Source: Mobula hypostoma (taxonomy: Eukaryota). From it: 64,000 nt of DNA. The notes under the pieces are model-generated. The model saw only the letters and a program-made list of their open reading frames with translations. It ran no database searches and was not told the origin of the DNA. Below, in pieces: positions 38,100 to 51,600 of the stretch (position 1 is its first letter; the number at the start of each line of letters is the position of its first letter). The stretch is from positions 129,706,001-129,770,000 of the forward strand of contig NC_086097.1 of assembly GCF_963921235.1 (NCBI RefSeq), read 5' to 3'. The translations under genes were made by a program, and so were the position numbers.

Positions 38100-39665
38100 A
38101 TACAAGAGCAGAAGACATAGGAGCAGAATTAGGCCATTCAGCCCATCGAGTCTGCTCCACCATTCCATCACGGCTGATCCCGGACCCCACTCAACCCCAC
38201 ACACTTGCCCTCTCACCATATCCTTTGATGCCCGGACTGATCAGGAAAAGATCAACTTCCGGCTTAAGTATATCCACGCACTTGGCCTCCACCACTGCCT
38301 GTGGCAGACCATTCCACAGATTTACTACTCTCTGGCTAAAGAATTCCTCCTTACTTCTGTTCTGAAGGGTTGCCCCTCAATTTTGAGGTTGTGTCTTCTA
38401 CTGGACACCATAGGAAACATCCTCTCCGCCTCCACCCTATCTAGTCCTTTCAACATTCGGTAAGTTTCAATGAGATCCCCCCACATTCTTCAAATTCCAG
38501 TGAGTACAGGCCCAAAGCTGCCAACTGTCGACAACAACTTGCAACTCATAGCATCTCAGGTGTAAAGAAATCTCCCAGGACACGTAAGAGTACATGGGAT
38601 TGAGGGGTATGCCAAAGGAAAGCAGAGCAGTGGAGAGAAGGGAAATAGAGGGAGCAAATTCCAGAGCAGCAGAAACAGTCACTAATGGAGGAGAGAATAA
38701 AATCATGAAATGACAAATTCATGAATAAAAATCAATCATTATTGTCAGTCAACTAGAGTACATATTAAAACAATTGAGAAGCAGGACCTCAAAGGTAGTA
38801 ATCTTGGGATTACTGCCTGTGTCATGTGACAGTGAGTATAGGAATAGAATAGAATGGTATAGTGGAGGATAATTGCGCAGCTGAGGGATTGGAGCGGGGG
38901 CAGGGATTCAGATTTCTGGATCATTGGGACCTTTTCTGGTGCGGGTGTGACCTGTACAAAAAGGATGGGTTGCACTTGAATCCCAGGGGGACCAATATCC
39001 TGGCGGGGAGGTTTTTTAAGGCTATTGAGGAGAGCTTATACTAGAATTGCTGGGGTGTGGGAACTGAGCTGAAGTGACGGAGGAAAGGGAGCTTGGCTCA
39101 CAAATAGAGAAAGTTTGGAGACAGTGTGAAAGGGAGGATAGGCAGGTGATAGAGAAGGGACGTGCTCAGACCGACGGTTTGAGATGTGTCTATTTTAATG
39201 CGACGAGTCTTATGAACAAAGTGGATGAGCTTCAGAGCGTGGATCAGCACTTGGAGCAATGATGTTGTGGCCATTACAGAGACTTGGATGGTGCAGGGGC
39301 AGGAATAGCTACTTTGCGTACCAGGCTTTAGATGTTTCAGAAAGGACAGGGAGGAAGGCAAAAGATGAGGGGGTGTGGCACTGTTGATCAGGGACAGTGT
39401 CATGGCTGCAGAAAAGGAGGAAGTCATGGAGGGGTTGTCTACGGAGTCTCTGTGAGTGGATGTTAGGAATAGGAAGGGGTCAATAACTGGGTGTTTTTTT
39501 AGACCACCCAATAGTAACAGAGACATTGAGGAGCAGATAGGGAGACAGATTCTGGAAAGGGCTGTTGTGGTGGGAGATTTTAATTACCCAAATAATTGAT
39601 TGGCATCTCCCTAGAGTGAGGAGTTTAGAAGGGGTGGAGTTTGTTAGGTGTGTTCAGGAAGGTTG
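38100..39665. mobile_element. CR1 fragments (minus 3' end 38100-38525; plus ORF1/ORF2 junction 38760-39665)
   Basis: FLDHWDLFW...DGLHLNPRGTNILAG (38862-39044) and GLRCVYFNATSLMNKVDEL. Confidence 0.8.
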
Positions 39666-40299
39666 GGACATCAGTTAATTAGGGTAGTTAATTAGGGTAG
39701 GGTATTTCGGACAACTCTTAAAGAACAACAATTGAGAAAATAGCCGGATTTTCTTTGTTTATTTGGGACAGGGTACCCTTGCCAAACAGTTTCTAACCAG
39801 CCTCAGTTGTGTCCACTTGTGTGGTCATTAGACACTATACTATGCTGAGAGTGTACAATTTTAAAAGTAGCATCAGATGTGTATCTTTGTGTTCAAAAAC
39901 CAGTGATTCTTGTCACTGATAATTGGCGAGAAATTAGCAAGACATTTCAGAGCTGTTTTGCTCTCTGTGGTTTCAAGCATTCAGGCTCAGAGATGTGAGA
40001 AATTGTCAGGAGTAAAAATGAAATGATATACTTAATTCAGCAAGTTAGGAACTGTGAGAAATTTAAATGTATCAGCAATCATCCTGAAAGTTACAATGAA
40101 GATCAAGATTTGAAGGATGTAACAGTTTCTAACTAGCATCAGTCTCATGCACTTGTGTGGCCATTTGACACTACACTGTGCTTAGAGTGAACAGTTATTT
40201 AAATGGTGTCAGTTGTGTATGTTTGTGTTATGTTATTCATTTGGGCCAATGGCTGTCTAATTAAAAAGCAGTGTTTTTTTTTCAATCTACTTCAGGAAT

Positions 40300-43080
40300 G
40301 CACTTATGACACCTTGAAGGAGACTGAGCTCAACCATTGCTAGAAGTCACCGGGGCAGACCTCAAGCCAGATTAAAGCATAATGTTGGCTAGTGTACAGT
40401 CACTGAAGAACAAGATAGAGGATCTATGTATAAGATTGCTGTATCAGAGGGAAATGGGGGATTGCTGTGTTCTCTGTTTCACAGAGGCATGGCTCACTCC
40501 ACATATCCCAACATGAACATCCAGTCCAAGGGATTTTCAGTCAACCAGATGGACCCAACTGCCAATTCAAAGATGGTGGGGGACTGTTTTTCATGGTAAA
40601 CTCTTTGTGGTGGATGGATGCAGTATTTTTGTCGCATTCTTATTCTTCTGACCTGGAACATATAATGATTAAGTGCTGACTGTTCTACTTACCATGAGAG
40701 TTCTCCACCATGATCCGAACTGCAGGTTCGGTACTGCCAAAGGCAGGTATTAAACAAGCACCTGATCTACTAAGTGTCATGATTAACAAACAAGAAACAG
40801 CCTATCCCGATGCTGTTCACATCCTTGTCGGGGACTATAATCAGGTGAGCTTGAAGAAATCTCTGCCCAATTACCATCAGCAAATCATCTGCAGCACCAG
40901 GGTCCCAGCACACTCATCAACTGCTACACCACCATCAGGAATGCCTGCCATTCCATCCCTAGACCCCATTTTGGGAAATCTAATCATCAGGCCATCCTCC
41001 TCCTACCTGCATACAGGCAGAGGCTAAATACCAAGGCACCGAAGAGGTGGAACGTGGAAGGCAGAGGAGCGGCTATAGAATTGCTTTCAGTCGGTGGACC
41101 GGGCCATGTTTACAGACTTTATAAAGATGAGTGTGCCCCCACAAAATTATTCAGGGTCTTCCCCAACCAGAAGTCCTGGATGAACTACGATCTCTGCAAC
41201 TTGCTGAGGACTAGATCTGTGGTGTTCAGGTTTGGTGACCAAGGGAGTACAAGAGGTCCGGGTACGATCTCCGGAAAGCCACCTCACCTGCAAAGTGGCA
41301 ATTCCGGACCAAACCTGGATCACAGAGGGATTCTCAACAGCTTGAATGCTATCAATTCCTACAAAGTAAAACCAAGTGACATATGTGACAGCACCTTTTT
41401 GCTTCCAGATGAACTTACTAGCTGACGGACAGAACATGGAGCCACTTTCAAGAATTCCCACAGCCCCCAACAACCCTGTGATTTCAGCCTCTGAGGCCAA
41501 TGTGAGAGCATCCTCCAAGGACAGTTAACCCCCAAAAGACATCTGGCCCAGATGCTTTCTGGTACATGGTCAAGTATTGAAGACATGTGCTAATCAACTG
41601 GCTGGAGTGTTTACTGACATCTCCAGCCTCTTGCTTCAGCAGTCTTAGATATCCAACTTCTTCAAGCAGGCTTCAATCATACTGGTGCGCAAGAACACTG
41701 TAACCTGCCTCAATGACATTGTTCAGTAGCTTACATCCAGTGTCATGAAGTGCTTTGAGAGGTTGGTGATGAAACATATCAACTACTGCCTAAGCAGCAA
41801 CTTGGATCCACTCCAATTAGCCAATTGTCACAACAGGTCAATAGCAGATGCCATTTCATTAACTCTTCATTCAGCTCTAGGATATCTGGACATTAGCCAT
41901 GGACATCTGTACACAGGAGGATGCTCTTCATTGACTACAGCTTAGGCTTCAAAACTAATGAAGATTAGGCCTTGATACCTTCTTGTTCAATTGGATCCTC
42001 AATTTCCTCAAGTGTGGACCCCAGTCAGTTTGGATTGGCAACATTTCCTCCACAATCACCATCACCAAATGTGCACCACAAGGCAGTGTGCTTAGTCCCC
42101 TGCTCTACTCACTTTCTACTTATAACTGTGAGGCTAAGTGCAGCTGCAATGCCATATTGTACGTTTGCAGACAACACCACTGTTTTTGGCCAAATCAAAG
42201 GTGGTAATGAATTGGCATGTAGGAGGGAGATTGAGTGATGCCACAACAACGTCTCACTCAATGTCACCAAGACCAAAGGAGATAATTATTGACTTCTGGA
42301 GCAGCTCGATAAATCAGTCCTCTTCAAGAGTTCAGAGGTGGAGAGGCTCAGTAACAGTAGTGTTATCATTTCAGAGGATCTGTTCTAATACCAGCACACT
42401 TGCCTTCTATTACAAAGAAGGCAAGAGAGCCTCTATTTTCTTAGAAGTTTGCACAGATTTGGCATATTGTCTAAAACTTTGACATCCTTCAATAGATGTA
42501 CAGTGGAGAGTATCCTGACTGGTGGCATCACGACTTGCTATGGAAACACCAATTCCCATGAATAGAAAAGCCTACAAAAAGTAGTGCATACAGCAGCGTC
42601 CATCACAGCAAAAGTCCTCCATACCAGTGATTGCATATACAAGGAGTGCTGCCACAAGGAAGCAGCATCCATTATCAATAAAACCCACTGTGCCAGCCAT
42701 TTGCTCTCTTCTCACTGCTGCCATCAGGAAGGATGTGCATGAGCCTTAGGTCCCACACCCCCAGGTTCAGGAGCAGTTATTACCCTTCAGCCATCAGGCT
42801 CCTGAACCAACATGGACAACTTTACTCACCTCAACACTGAATTGTTTCCACAACCTATGTACTCATTTTCTAGGACTCGTGTTCTCAGTATTATTTATTT
42901 AGCATTGTATTTGTGTGGTGTGTCTTTTGCACATTGTTTGTATGTCTTTATTTGTGTAGTTTTTTTGTGATGCTAATGTACTTCTTTGCATCTATTGTGA
43001 ATGCCCGCAAGAAAACAAATCTCAGGGTAATATAAGGTGACATATACATACTTTGATAATAAATTTACTTTGAACTTTGA
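40300..43080 (+). mobile_element. Degenerate Rex1/Babar LINE
   Basis: HILVGDYNQ (EN), [38 protein letters not shown] (RT); tail tttgataataaatttactttgaactttga. Confidence 0.85.
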
Positions 43081-44344
43081 AATGGAAGGGGAATGACAGC
43101 TGAGATAGAAAGCTAGTTCAAGGGCAAATATATGGTCAGGGAAAGAGAGGCGAGTGCTGAGCCCTGAAAAACAAGGCATGAACTGGATGTGCTATAAGGC
43201 CCCACTAACAGGAGTGAGGAAAAAATCTTTAAATGTGAAAAAAGCCATACTGAGCGCTACAGGGCATAGGGGAAAGGAATTGTCACAGGCCTCAGCAGCT
43301 ACTTCAATGAGATCAGGAATATCTTCAGAATCAAACTGAGAGGCAAGCTAAAGGGAGAAAACCTAGAAAAAAAATTACCTTACTTTATTTCCTTCGTGCC
43401 AAAACAGGAAAGAAATGGGTGCCAAATAAATACTTTTTATATGGGTCAAAACCCCTGATTCTCTTACACCAGATGCCACAAACACTGAATGGGCCACTTC
43501 TAGTTTTCAAAATATCAATAAATATTCTTTTATCTTTTTCAGAAGGGAGCTCCAGCCAGAGTAACTCTATCCTCCCAAACAGAACACCTAAGTATTTGGT
43601 TAAATTTCCTCCTTCACCAATTTGTGCTGTTTTCATCCATTGTTCCTGATGCCTGAATAAGCACAGTCAATTCTCCAGTGTGACAGGAGGTCACCCTCAT
43701 CAGGATATTGGAAGTTCACGCTGCAGGCAGATTGGTAATCCACCTTTTGTTGCCTTCCCTCTAGGATTGAGAGGTGTTGGGGAATTTTTTATCAAGGATA
43801 TTTCTTCAAATATTAGCATTTGACATAATCCAAACCTTTCTCTTTTTGGGGAGTTATCTCAAAAAATATTTCAAAAGGGAACTGGAAAGGCACTTTAAGG
43901 AGAAACAATTTGCTTTGGCGGTGGTGAAAGAGCATGGCAATGGGATTGATAGGATTGCCTCCAAAGAGCTGGTCCAGACTTGATGGGCAGAATGAGCTCA
44001 TCAATTTTATTATTATTAAAATGCAAATAGTATCTTCGTATTAATAAAAAAAAATCATGCCAATCTCTGTGAGCTTTGTACATTTCACTTGTTATATTTC
44101 TATCATGTGAATCCAAACATAATGAGACTGGTTGTATAGATATTCTTGAAATGAGAGCAGTGCAGTTCAGTCCCAGTGTTCACACTGAGAACAGCACAAC
44201 ACCCAAGTTGAGAGCATGTAGGTCATCTTTTAGAGATGCAAAGGAATAGGATCAGCAGACCGCAAGGGAATGACAGAGGTGAAGAGAAAGACTTTTTCAT
44301 TGGGCCCCAGCTCTTTTTACCTAATCATTTAAACAATCACTGCA

Positions 44345-45185
44345 CCATTCGATCTGTGCCAGTCACTCTTCAATTCAATTTAAAATTGTACATCATTACT
44401 ATTTGACAAAGGAGAGACTGTCGAAAATGTTTCCTAATGTTGATAGTCAGTGTAAAACCGAGACAGTTACATTGACACATATGTTTTGGTCGTGTTCTGT
44501 ATTGAAACATCTTTGGAAATCTATTTTCTCTACAATTCCTGAAGTTTTAAAAATTAATTTACAACCTAATAAATTGACAGTTTTGTTTGGTATAATCCCT
44601 CAATATATTCATGGTATTTCTCAATCAGACCAACATGTAATTGCATTCATTACATTATTGGCCAGAAGGGTGATTTTGTTGAAATGGAAAGATGCTTCTG
44701 CTCCTACTTTGATACAATGGTTCTCTCAGATGATGCTATGTCTTAGTTTGGAGAAAATCAGAAGTCAAACTTTTGATCCTCCATTTGATTTCGAGAAAAG
44801 GTGGGGTTTATTTGCCTGCTACTATCATCTGATTTGAGTTCATTAATATGGTTTCCTTCCAATGTTTGTTTAAATGGATTTGAGTTGGCGGATTGATGTT
44901 TTTCTTTTATGGAAGCTTGTATGAGTTATAGCTCCGGGGTTGTGCTCCCAATGAAGTTTTTTTTCTGTTTTTTTTCAGTTAGTAGGGTTTTTTTTTCTTT
45001 TTTTTCTTTAAAAAATATTCTTAACACTTTATTTTTTCTTATTATTGATATATTGCTTAGCTTTGTTAATCAGTTATTTGCTAATTTAATTCTTCATTGT
45101 ACATATTGACATATTGACTTGATTACCTTAATGTATTTTTTGTTGATCTGTAATAATAATTAATAAAAAGATTTAAAAAATGAAA
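44345..45185 (+). mobile_element. L1 3' fragment (copy C), same subfamily as L1-B
   Basis: ORF 44403-44837 is highly similar to the reverse complement of 27712-28560. Confidence 0.88.
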
Positions 45186-46649
45186 ATAAAAATCATTGCA
45201 CCATGACTAACTGCCTAAAACTAATAGAAAATTTAAATCTGCAAAATGTCTTGAAAACAAAATGATAACAGTCTGCAAGCTGGACTTTTACACAAGCAGT
45301 CATAATGGAAAATTTACGGAATACAACAACCATTCAACCAAAAGCATTGTCACGGCATGCTGTTCTAATGCTTCATTTGCTTAAATTGATGCAGAATTTT
45401 TTTTTTGCAAAATTGTAACTCTTCAATTATTGTTGCTTTGATGTGGCAAACTACAGAAACAAACTGTGTGTGATCATTGTTTAAAAAAAAGTACATCTGG
45501 ATAATAGATATAAACCCAGATCATGAAGATAATTGAGAATTGTAAATTGCTGACCTAAATGTATGGTAAATTTCGTTATTTCACGTGGGTGTAGAGACAA
45601 ACTACTCTGTGTAATGGTTATCTCACAGCCAGTGATTCCAGGGTCAGCCAAGTGGAATCAAAATAAAGCAAAACATAGAGGTTACTTCATATACATGAGC
45701 TCTTCCTGAAGAGGGTGATGTGTAGGATGAGTATTGAAACAGTTAGTAACTGTTTGGAGAAGACAGAGGAATACATTACTGTCTGGTTCATGTATTGGCA
45801 ATTTATTCTAAGCCCATGATACGCTTCAGAACAAAATATTGATTCAATTATTTTTTATTTTGCTTTTAAGTTTAACCACAAAATAGTTGACAACCTAAAT
45901 GAACAAACAGCTGCTGTATTATTTTCCACTGATTTTGACATTTCTTCCTAACAAGCTTAAGGGTGACATTTGCTTTCAATCATTGTGAATCATGATACCA
46001 TCAAATGTTGTGAAAGTTTTCAACAGTCATCTGTATTTCTTGGTTCATTTGATGTTTCCTTTGCTTGTCAAAACATTGACAGCTCTCTAGACCTGCTCAA
46101 CTATTGCCTGTTCAGAACTGAATAAATAACTTAAAACCCTAGTTGATAGGTCTTATGTTTTGTAACTTCAAAAAACAAATGCAAAGAAAAGCAAAGGACA
46201 GCCCAGGATAACGCGTGAGAGTGGATCAGGGTTAAGAGTGCGGAGGCTTTGGCACCCCAGGCTTCGGCAAGCTAAGCATCTGTGCAGTTTTTACTTCTTC
46301 ATTCTTTGTCCGTTAGTACACAGAGCAGTGAGAATGGCTCAGGGGCAGTGTTGTACTCTTTGTGCAACCTCCAGCCTCCTGGATAACCATATCTGCAGCA
46401 GGTGCACTGAGCTGTAGCTCCTCAGAGACGATCTTAAGGAATCGGAGCTGCCGCTCGATGGAAAATGAGGTAACAGACAGGGGCTACAGGGAGGTGGTCA
46501 CCCCTAAATAGCAGGATGCGGGTAAATGGCCGACAGTCCGGAGTGGGAAGGAAAATGGGCAGCTAATATAGAGTACTCCGGTGGCTGTTCCCCTCAATAA
46601 TAAGTATAGCATTTTTGGACACTTGAGGGAGATGATCTACCGGGTTTGT

Positions 46650-46683
46650 GGGGGGGGGAAGAGGAGGGGGGGGGAAGAAAGAA

Positions 46684-46720
<37 letters not shown>

Positions 46721-46735
46721 CACAGAGACAGAGGC
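46650..46735. repeat. Compound microsatellite (G)n/(GA)n/(GACA)n
   Basis: Direct reading. Confidence 0.9.
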
Positions 46736-47905
46736 ATAGCGACCAGGTCCCTGGCACTGAGTATGGTGCTGTGGTGTAGGAGGGAAGGGGAAAGGGGAGA
46801 GGAGGACTGCACTAGTGATACACAGTGATAGAGGATTCCAATGTTAGAGGAATAGACACGAGATTCTGTGGACATGATGGAGCCTCCTGGATGGTATGTT
46901 GCCTCCCAGATGCTAGGGTCAAGGATGTCTCGAATTGGGTCCACAATATTTGAAAAGGGCAGGGTGAGTGGGACCTCCAGGGTAGTAACCTCTGGATTGC
47001 TGCCTGTGCCACACACCAGTGAGGGGAAAAGGATGATTCGGCAGATGAATATGTGTTGAAAAACTGGTGCAGGGGGCAGGGTTTCAGATTTCTGGATCAT
47101 TGGGATCTCTTCTGGCGATGGTACGATCTGTACAAAAGGGACGGGTTACACTTAAACCTGAGGGAAACCAATATCCTTGTGGGCACTTTTGCTCGAACTG
47201 TTGGGGAGGGTTTAAACTAATTTGGCAGGGGGTTTTGACTGGAGTGATAGAGTGGAGGATAGGGGTGTTGGTTTACAAGCAGAAACAGTGTATAGTGAGG
47301 CTGTCAAGAAGGTCAGGCAGATGATAGGGCAAAACTGCAGTGGGATGAGTTGCAGTGTAAAAGGAGGACAAATTGAAAAGGATGATGGATATGGGACTGA
47401 AAGTGTTATATTCAAATGCATGAAGTATACAGAATAAAGTAGATGATCGTGTGACACAGAGATTGGCAGGTATGGCGTTGTGGGCATGGCTAAGTAAGGC
47501 TGAAGGAAGATCATAGCTGGGAGTGTAACATCCAAGAAATCACACACAGACAGATAGGCAGAAGGGGTGGGGTGGCTCTGTTGGTTAAAAAATGAATTCA
47601 AATCCTCAGAAAAGAGGTGACAGAAGATGTAGAATCCTTATGGGTAGAGATAAGAAACTGCAAGGGTAAAAAGAGCCTGATGGGAATTATATACAGACCT
47701 CTGAACAATAACTGGAATGTGGGCTGCTAATTATAAAGGAACATAGTAAAGGCATTTCAAAAGGGCAACGTTATGATATTCCTGGGGGAATTCAATATTC
47801 AGGTAGAATGGGAAAAATTAGTTTGGTGCTGGATCCTTGTAGAATGTCTACATAAAAGTTGCTGGTGAACGCAGCAGGCCAGGCAGCACCTCTAGGAAGA
47901 GATAC

Positions 47906-47941
47906 AGTCAACATTTCAGGCTGAGACCCTTCATCAGGACT
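47906..47941 (-). ncRNA. Minimal type I hammerhead ribozyme motif (inverted pLTR copy)
   Basis: Minus strand AGTC-CTGATGA-agggtctcagcct-GAAA-tg-TT-GACT; core intact, loop-3 palindrome broken. Confidence 0.6.
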
Positions 47942-48589
47942 AACTGAAAGAAGAGATAGTAAGAGATTTAAAAGTGGGACTTCACCTGTGAGTCGGCTGG
48001 GGTGATATACTGCGTCCGGTGCTCCCGATGTGGCCTTCTACATATTGGCAAGACCCGACGCAGGCTGCGAGACCGTTTCGCTGAACACCTACGCTCTGTC
48101 CACCAAAGAAAGCAGAATCTCCCAGTGGCCACACATTTTAATCCCACGTCCCATTCCCATTCTGACATGTCTATCCACAGCCTCCTCTACTGTAAAGATG
48201 AAGTCACACTCAGGTTGGAGGAACAACACCTTATATTCCGTCTGGGTAGCCTCCAACCTGATGGCATGAACATTGACTTCTCTAACATCGGTTAATGCCC
48301 CACTACCCCATCCATTATTTATTTCTTCTTTATTATTATATATGTATACTCTCTCCTTTTTCTCCCCTCTGTCCCTCTCACTATACTCCTTGCTCATCCT
48401 CTGGGTTTTTCCCCCCTCTCCCCCTTTCTTTCTCCCTAGGTTTCCCGTCCCATGATCCCCTCATATCCCTTTTGCCTATCACTTGTCCAGCTCTTGGCTC
48501 CATCCCTCCCCCTCCTGTCTTCTCCCATCATTTTGGATCTCTCTCTCCCCCTCCCGCTTTCAAATCTCTTAATATCTCTTCTTTCAGTT

Positions 48590-48625
48590 AGTCCTGACGA
48601 AGGGTCTCGGCCTGAAACGTTGACT
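48590..48625 (+). ncRNA. Minimal type I hammerhead ribozyme motif (Penelope pLTR)
   Basis: AGTC-CTGACGA-agggtctcggcct-GAAA-cg-TT-GACT: stem I AGTC/GACT, intact core, palindromic AACGTT in place of stem III. Confidence 0.75.
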
Positions 48626-51600
48626 GTACCTCTTCCTAGAGATGCTGCCTGGCCTGCTGCATTCACCAGCAACTTTTATGTGCGTTGCTTGAAATTCCAG
48701 CATCTGCAGATTTCCTCGTGTTTGAGAATGTCTACATGATGGCTTTTTAGCGCAGCTCAGGGTTGAGCCCGGCCCACTAAGGAATTATCCATTCGGGATT
48801 GGGTACTGTGTCATGAACCAGGTTTGATTAGGGAGCTTAAGGTAAAGGAACCATTCGGAGCCAGGAATTGAAATATGATCGAATTCACCCTGCACCCTGC
48901 AATTTGAGAAGGAAAAGCTGAAGTCAGATGTATCAGTATTACAGTGAAGTATAGGGAATTACAGAGACACGAGAGAGCAGCTGGCCGAAGTTGATTGGAA
49001 AGGAACACTAACAGGGATGACAGCAGAGCAGCAAAGTCCAGAGTTTCTGAGAATAATTTGGAAGGTGCAGCATAGATACATTCCAAAGAAGACGAAGTAT
49101 TCCAAAGGCAAGATGATGCAACAGTGACTAACAAGAGAAGTCAAAGCCAGTATAAAAGCAAAAGAGTGGGCATATAATAGAGTAAAAATTAGTGAAAAGT
49201 TAGAGGATTGGACAACTTTAAAAACACCAGAAGGCAACAAAAAAAGCCATAAGGGAGGACACAATATCAAAGAGGATACCAAATGCTTTTCTCAGAAATA
49301 TAAAGAGTAAAAGAGGGAAAAGTAGATACTGGACCACTGGAAAATGATGCTGGAGAGATAGTAATAGTGGATAAGGAAATGGCAGAAGAACTGAATAAGT
49401 ATATTGCATTAGTCTTCACTGTGGAAGACACTAGCAGTACACTGGAAGTTCGAGAATGTCAGGGGAGAGAAGTGAACATAGGAATCTACAGCACATTACA
49501 GACCCTTTGGCACACAATGCTGTGCTGACCATGTAACCTACTCTAGAAACTGCCTAGAACTTCTCTAGTGCATAGCCCTCTATTTTTCTGAGCTCCATAT
49601 ACAATCTAAGAGGCTCTTAAAAGACACTATTGTATCCGCTTCCACCACCACCACCAGCAGTGCATTCCATGCACCCACCACTCTGTGTGTCAAAAACTTA
49701 GCCCTGACATCCCCTCAGTACCTATTTCCAAGCACCTTAAAACTATGCCTCCTCACGTTAGCCATTTCAAACCTGAGAAAATGCCTCTGACTATCCACAC
49801 GATCAATGCCCCTCATCATCTTATACACCCCTATCGGGTCACTTCTCATCCTCCATCGCTCCAAGGAGAAAAGGCCAAGTACACTCAACCTATTCTCATA
49901 AAGGTATGCCCTCCAATCCAGGCAACATCCTTGTAAATCTCCTCTGCACTCTCTCTATGGTATCCACAAAGTGCAGTTGCTGTTACTAGGGAGAAGGTGG
50001 TTGGGAAACTGAAAGGTTTGAATGTAGATAAGTCACCTGGACCAAATGGACAACACCGCAGGGTTCTGACAGATGTAGCTGAAGAGATTGTGGAGGCATA
50101 AGTAATAATCTTTCAAAAATCAATAGATTCTGGCATGGTTCTGGAGGACTGGAAGATTGCAGATGTCACTCCACACTTCAAGAAGGGAGGGAAGGAGAAA
50201 TAAGGAAACTATAGTTAGTCTGTCCTCAGTGGTTGGGAAGATGTTGGAATCAATTGTGAAGGATGAGAACTCAGGGTACTTGGAGGACATGATAAAATAG
50301 GCCGTAGTTGGTGTGCTTTCCGCAAGGGAAAATCTTGCCTAACCATTAGACCTAGGAGCGGAATTAGGCCATTCAGCTCATCAAGTTCATTCCACCATTT
50401 CATTATAGCTGAGCCCAGATCCAATTCAACCCCATACACCCGCCAACTCACCATATCCCTTAATGCTCTGACCAATCAGGAACCTATCAACTATCATCTT
50501 TAAATACACCCACGGACTTAGCTTCCATTGCAGTCTGTGGCAGAGCATTCCACAGATTCACCACTCTTTGGCTAAAAAAAAAAAATTCTCCTCACTTCTG
50601 TTCTAAAAGGACGCCCCTCAATTTTGAGGCTGTGTCCTCTGGTTTTGGATACCCCCACCAGTGGAAACATCCTCTCCACATCCACCTTATCTAGTTCTTT
50701 CAACATTCAGTAGGTTTCAATGAAATCCCCACATATTCTTCTAAATTCCAGTGAATACAGGCCCAAAGCTGCCAAATGCTCCTCTTTCCCAGATATTAAC
50801 CCTTTCATTCCCAGAATCATCCTGTGAATCTCCTCTGGACACTCTCCAACAATAATACATCCTTTCTGAGATATAGGGCCCAAAATTGCTGACAATACTC
50901 CAACTGCAGCCTGACTAGTGCCTTATAAAGCCTCAGCATTATCTCCTTGCTTTTATATTCTACTCCCCTTGAATAAATGTCAACATTGCATTTGCCTTCT
51001 TTACCACAGACTCAACCTGTGAATTAACCTTCTGGGAGACTTGCATGAAGATTCCCAAGGCTCTTTGCACCTCTGATGTTTGAAATTTCTCCCCATTTAG
51101 ATAATAGTCTGCACTATTGTTCCTTTTACCAAAATGCATTATCATACATTTCCCATCACTGTATTCTATCTGCCACGTTTTTGCCCATTCTTCCAATTCG
51201 ACTAAGTCCTGCTGCAAATGCATTGCTTCCTCAGCACTATCTACCCCTCCACCTACCTTTGTATCATCTGCAAACTTTGTCACATAGCCATAGATTCCAC
51301 TATCTAAATCATTGACAGACAATGTGAAAAGTAGTGGTCCCAACATTGACCCCTGAGGAACACCACTAGTCACTGGCAGCTAAATAGAAAAGTCCCCTTT
51401 ATTCCCACTCGCTGCCTCTTGTCTGTCAGCCGTTCCTCTATCCATACCAGTATCTTTCCATTAACACCACAGGATTTTATCTTGTTAAGTAGCCTCATGT
51501 GAGGCACCTTATCAAATGCCTTCTGAAAATCTAAGTAAATGACATCCACTGCCTCCCCTTTGTCCACCTGCTTGTTACTTCCTCAAAGAATTCTAACAAA

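Larger units (their letters stand above)
26040..38100 (+). mobile_element. Formerly full-length L1 (copy A), split by a 6.4-kb nested insertion
   Basis: ORF1 26161-27003 (coiled coil, DLESCSCRQNLPIIG, LDHAHRV); ORF2 starts about 27640 and resumes at about 34140: EN (AQETNV, IMGGDFN, YSRIDFF, SDHAPL), RT (GKAPGLDG, GTRQGCPLRPLLF, YADD), C-terminal CNRC..SLTHMFWSC; A-rich tail about 38075-38100. Many frameshifts. Confidence 0.9.
47854..48724 (+). mobile_element. 5'-truncated Penelope-like element: GIY-YIG endonuclease, 3' pLTR and inverted pLTR copy
   Basis: ORF 48002-48295 IYCVRCSRCGLLHIGKTRRRLRDRFAEH...RLEEQHLIFRLGSLQPDGMN; about 47850-47977 is the reverse complement of about 48555-48680; 13-bp TSD agaatgtctacat (47841-47853, 48725-48737). 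Confidence 0.92.

Noticed and set aside
48002..48295. Cellular GIY-YIG nuclease gene
   Set aside because: Truncated C-terminus of a Penelope ORF bounded by pLTRs and a TSD.
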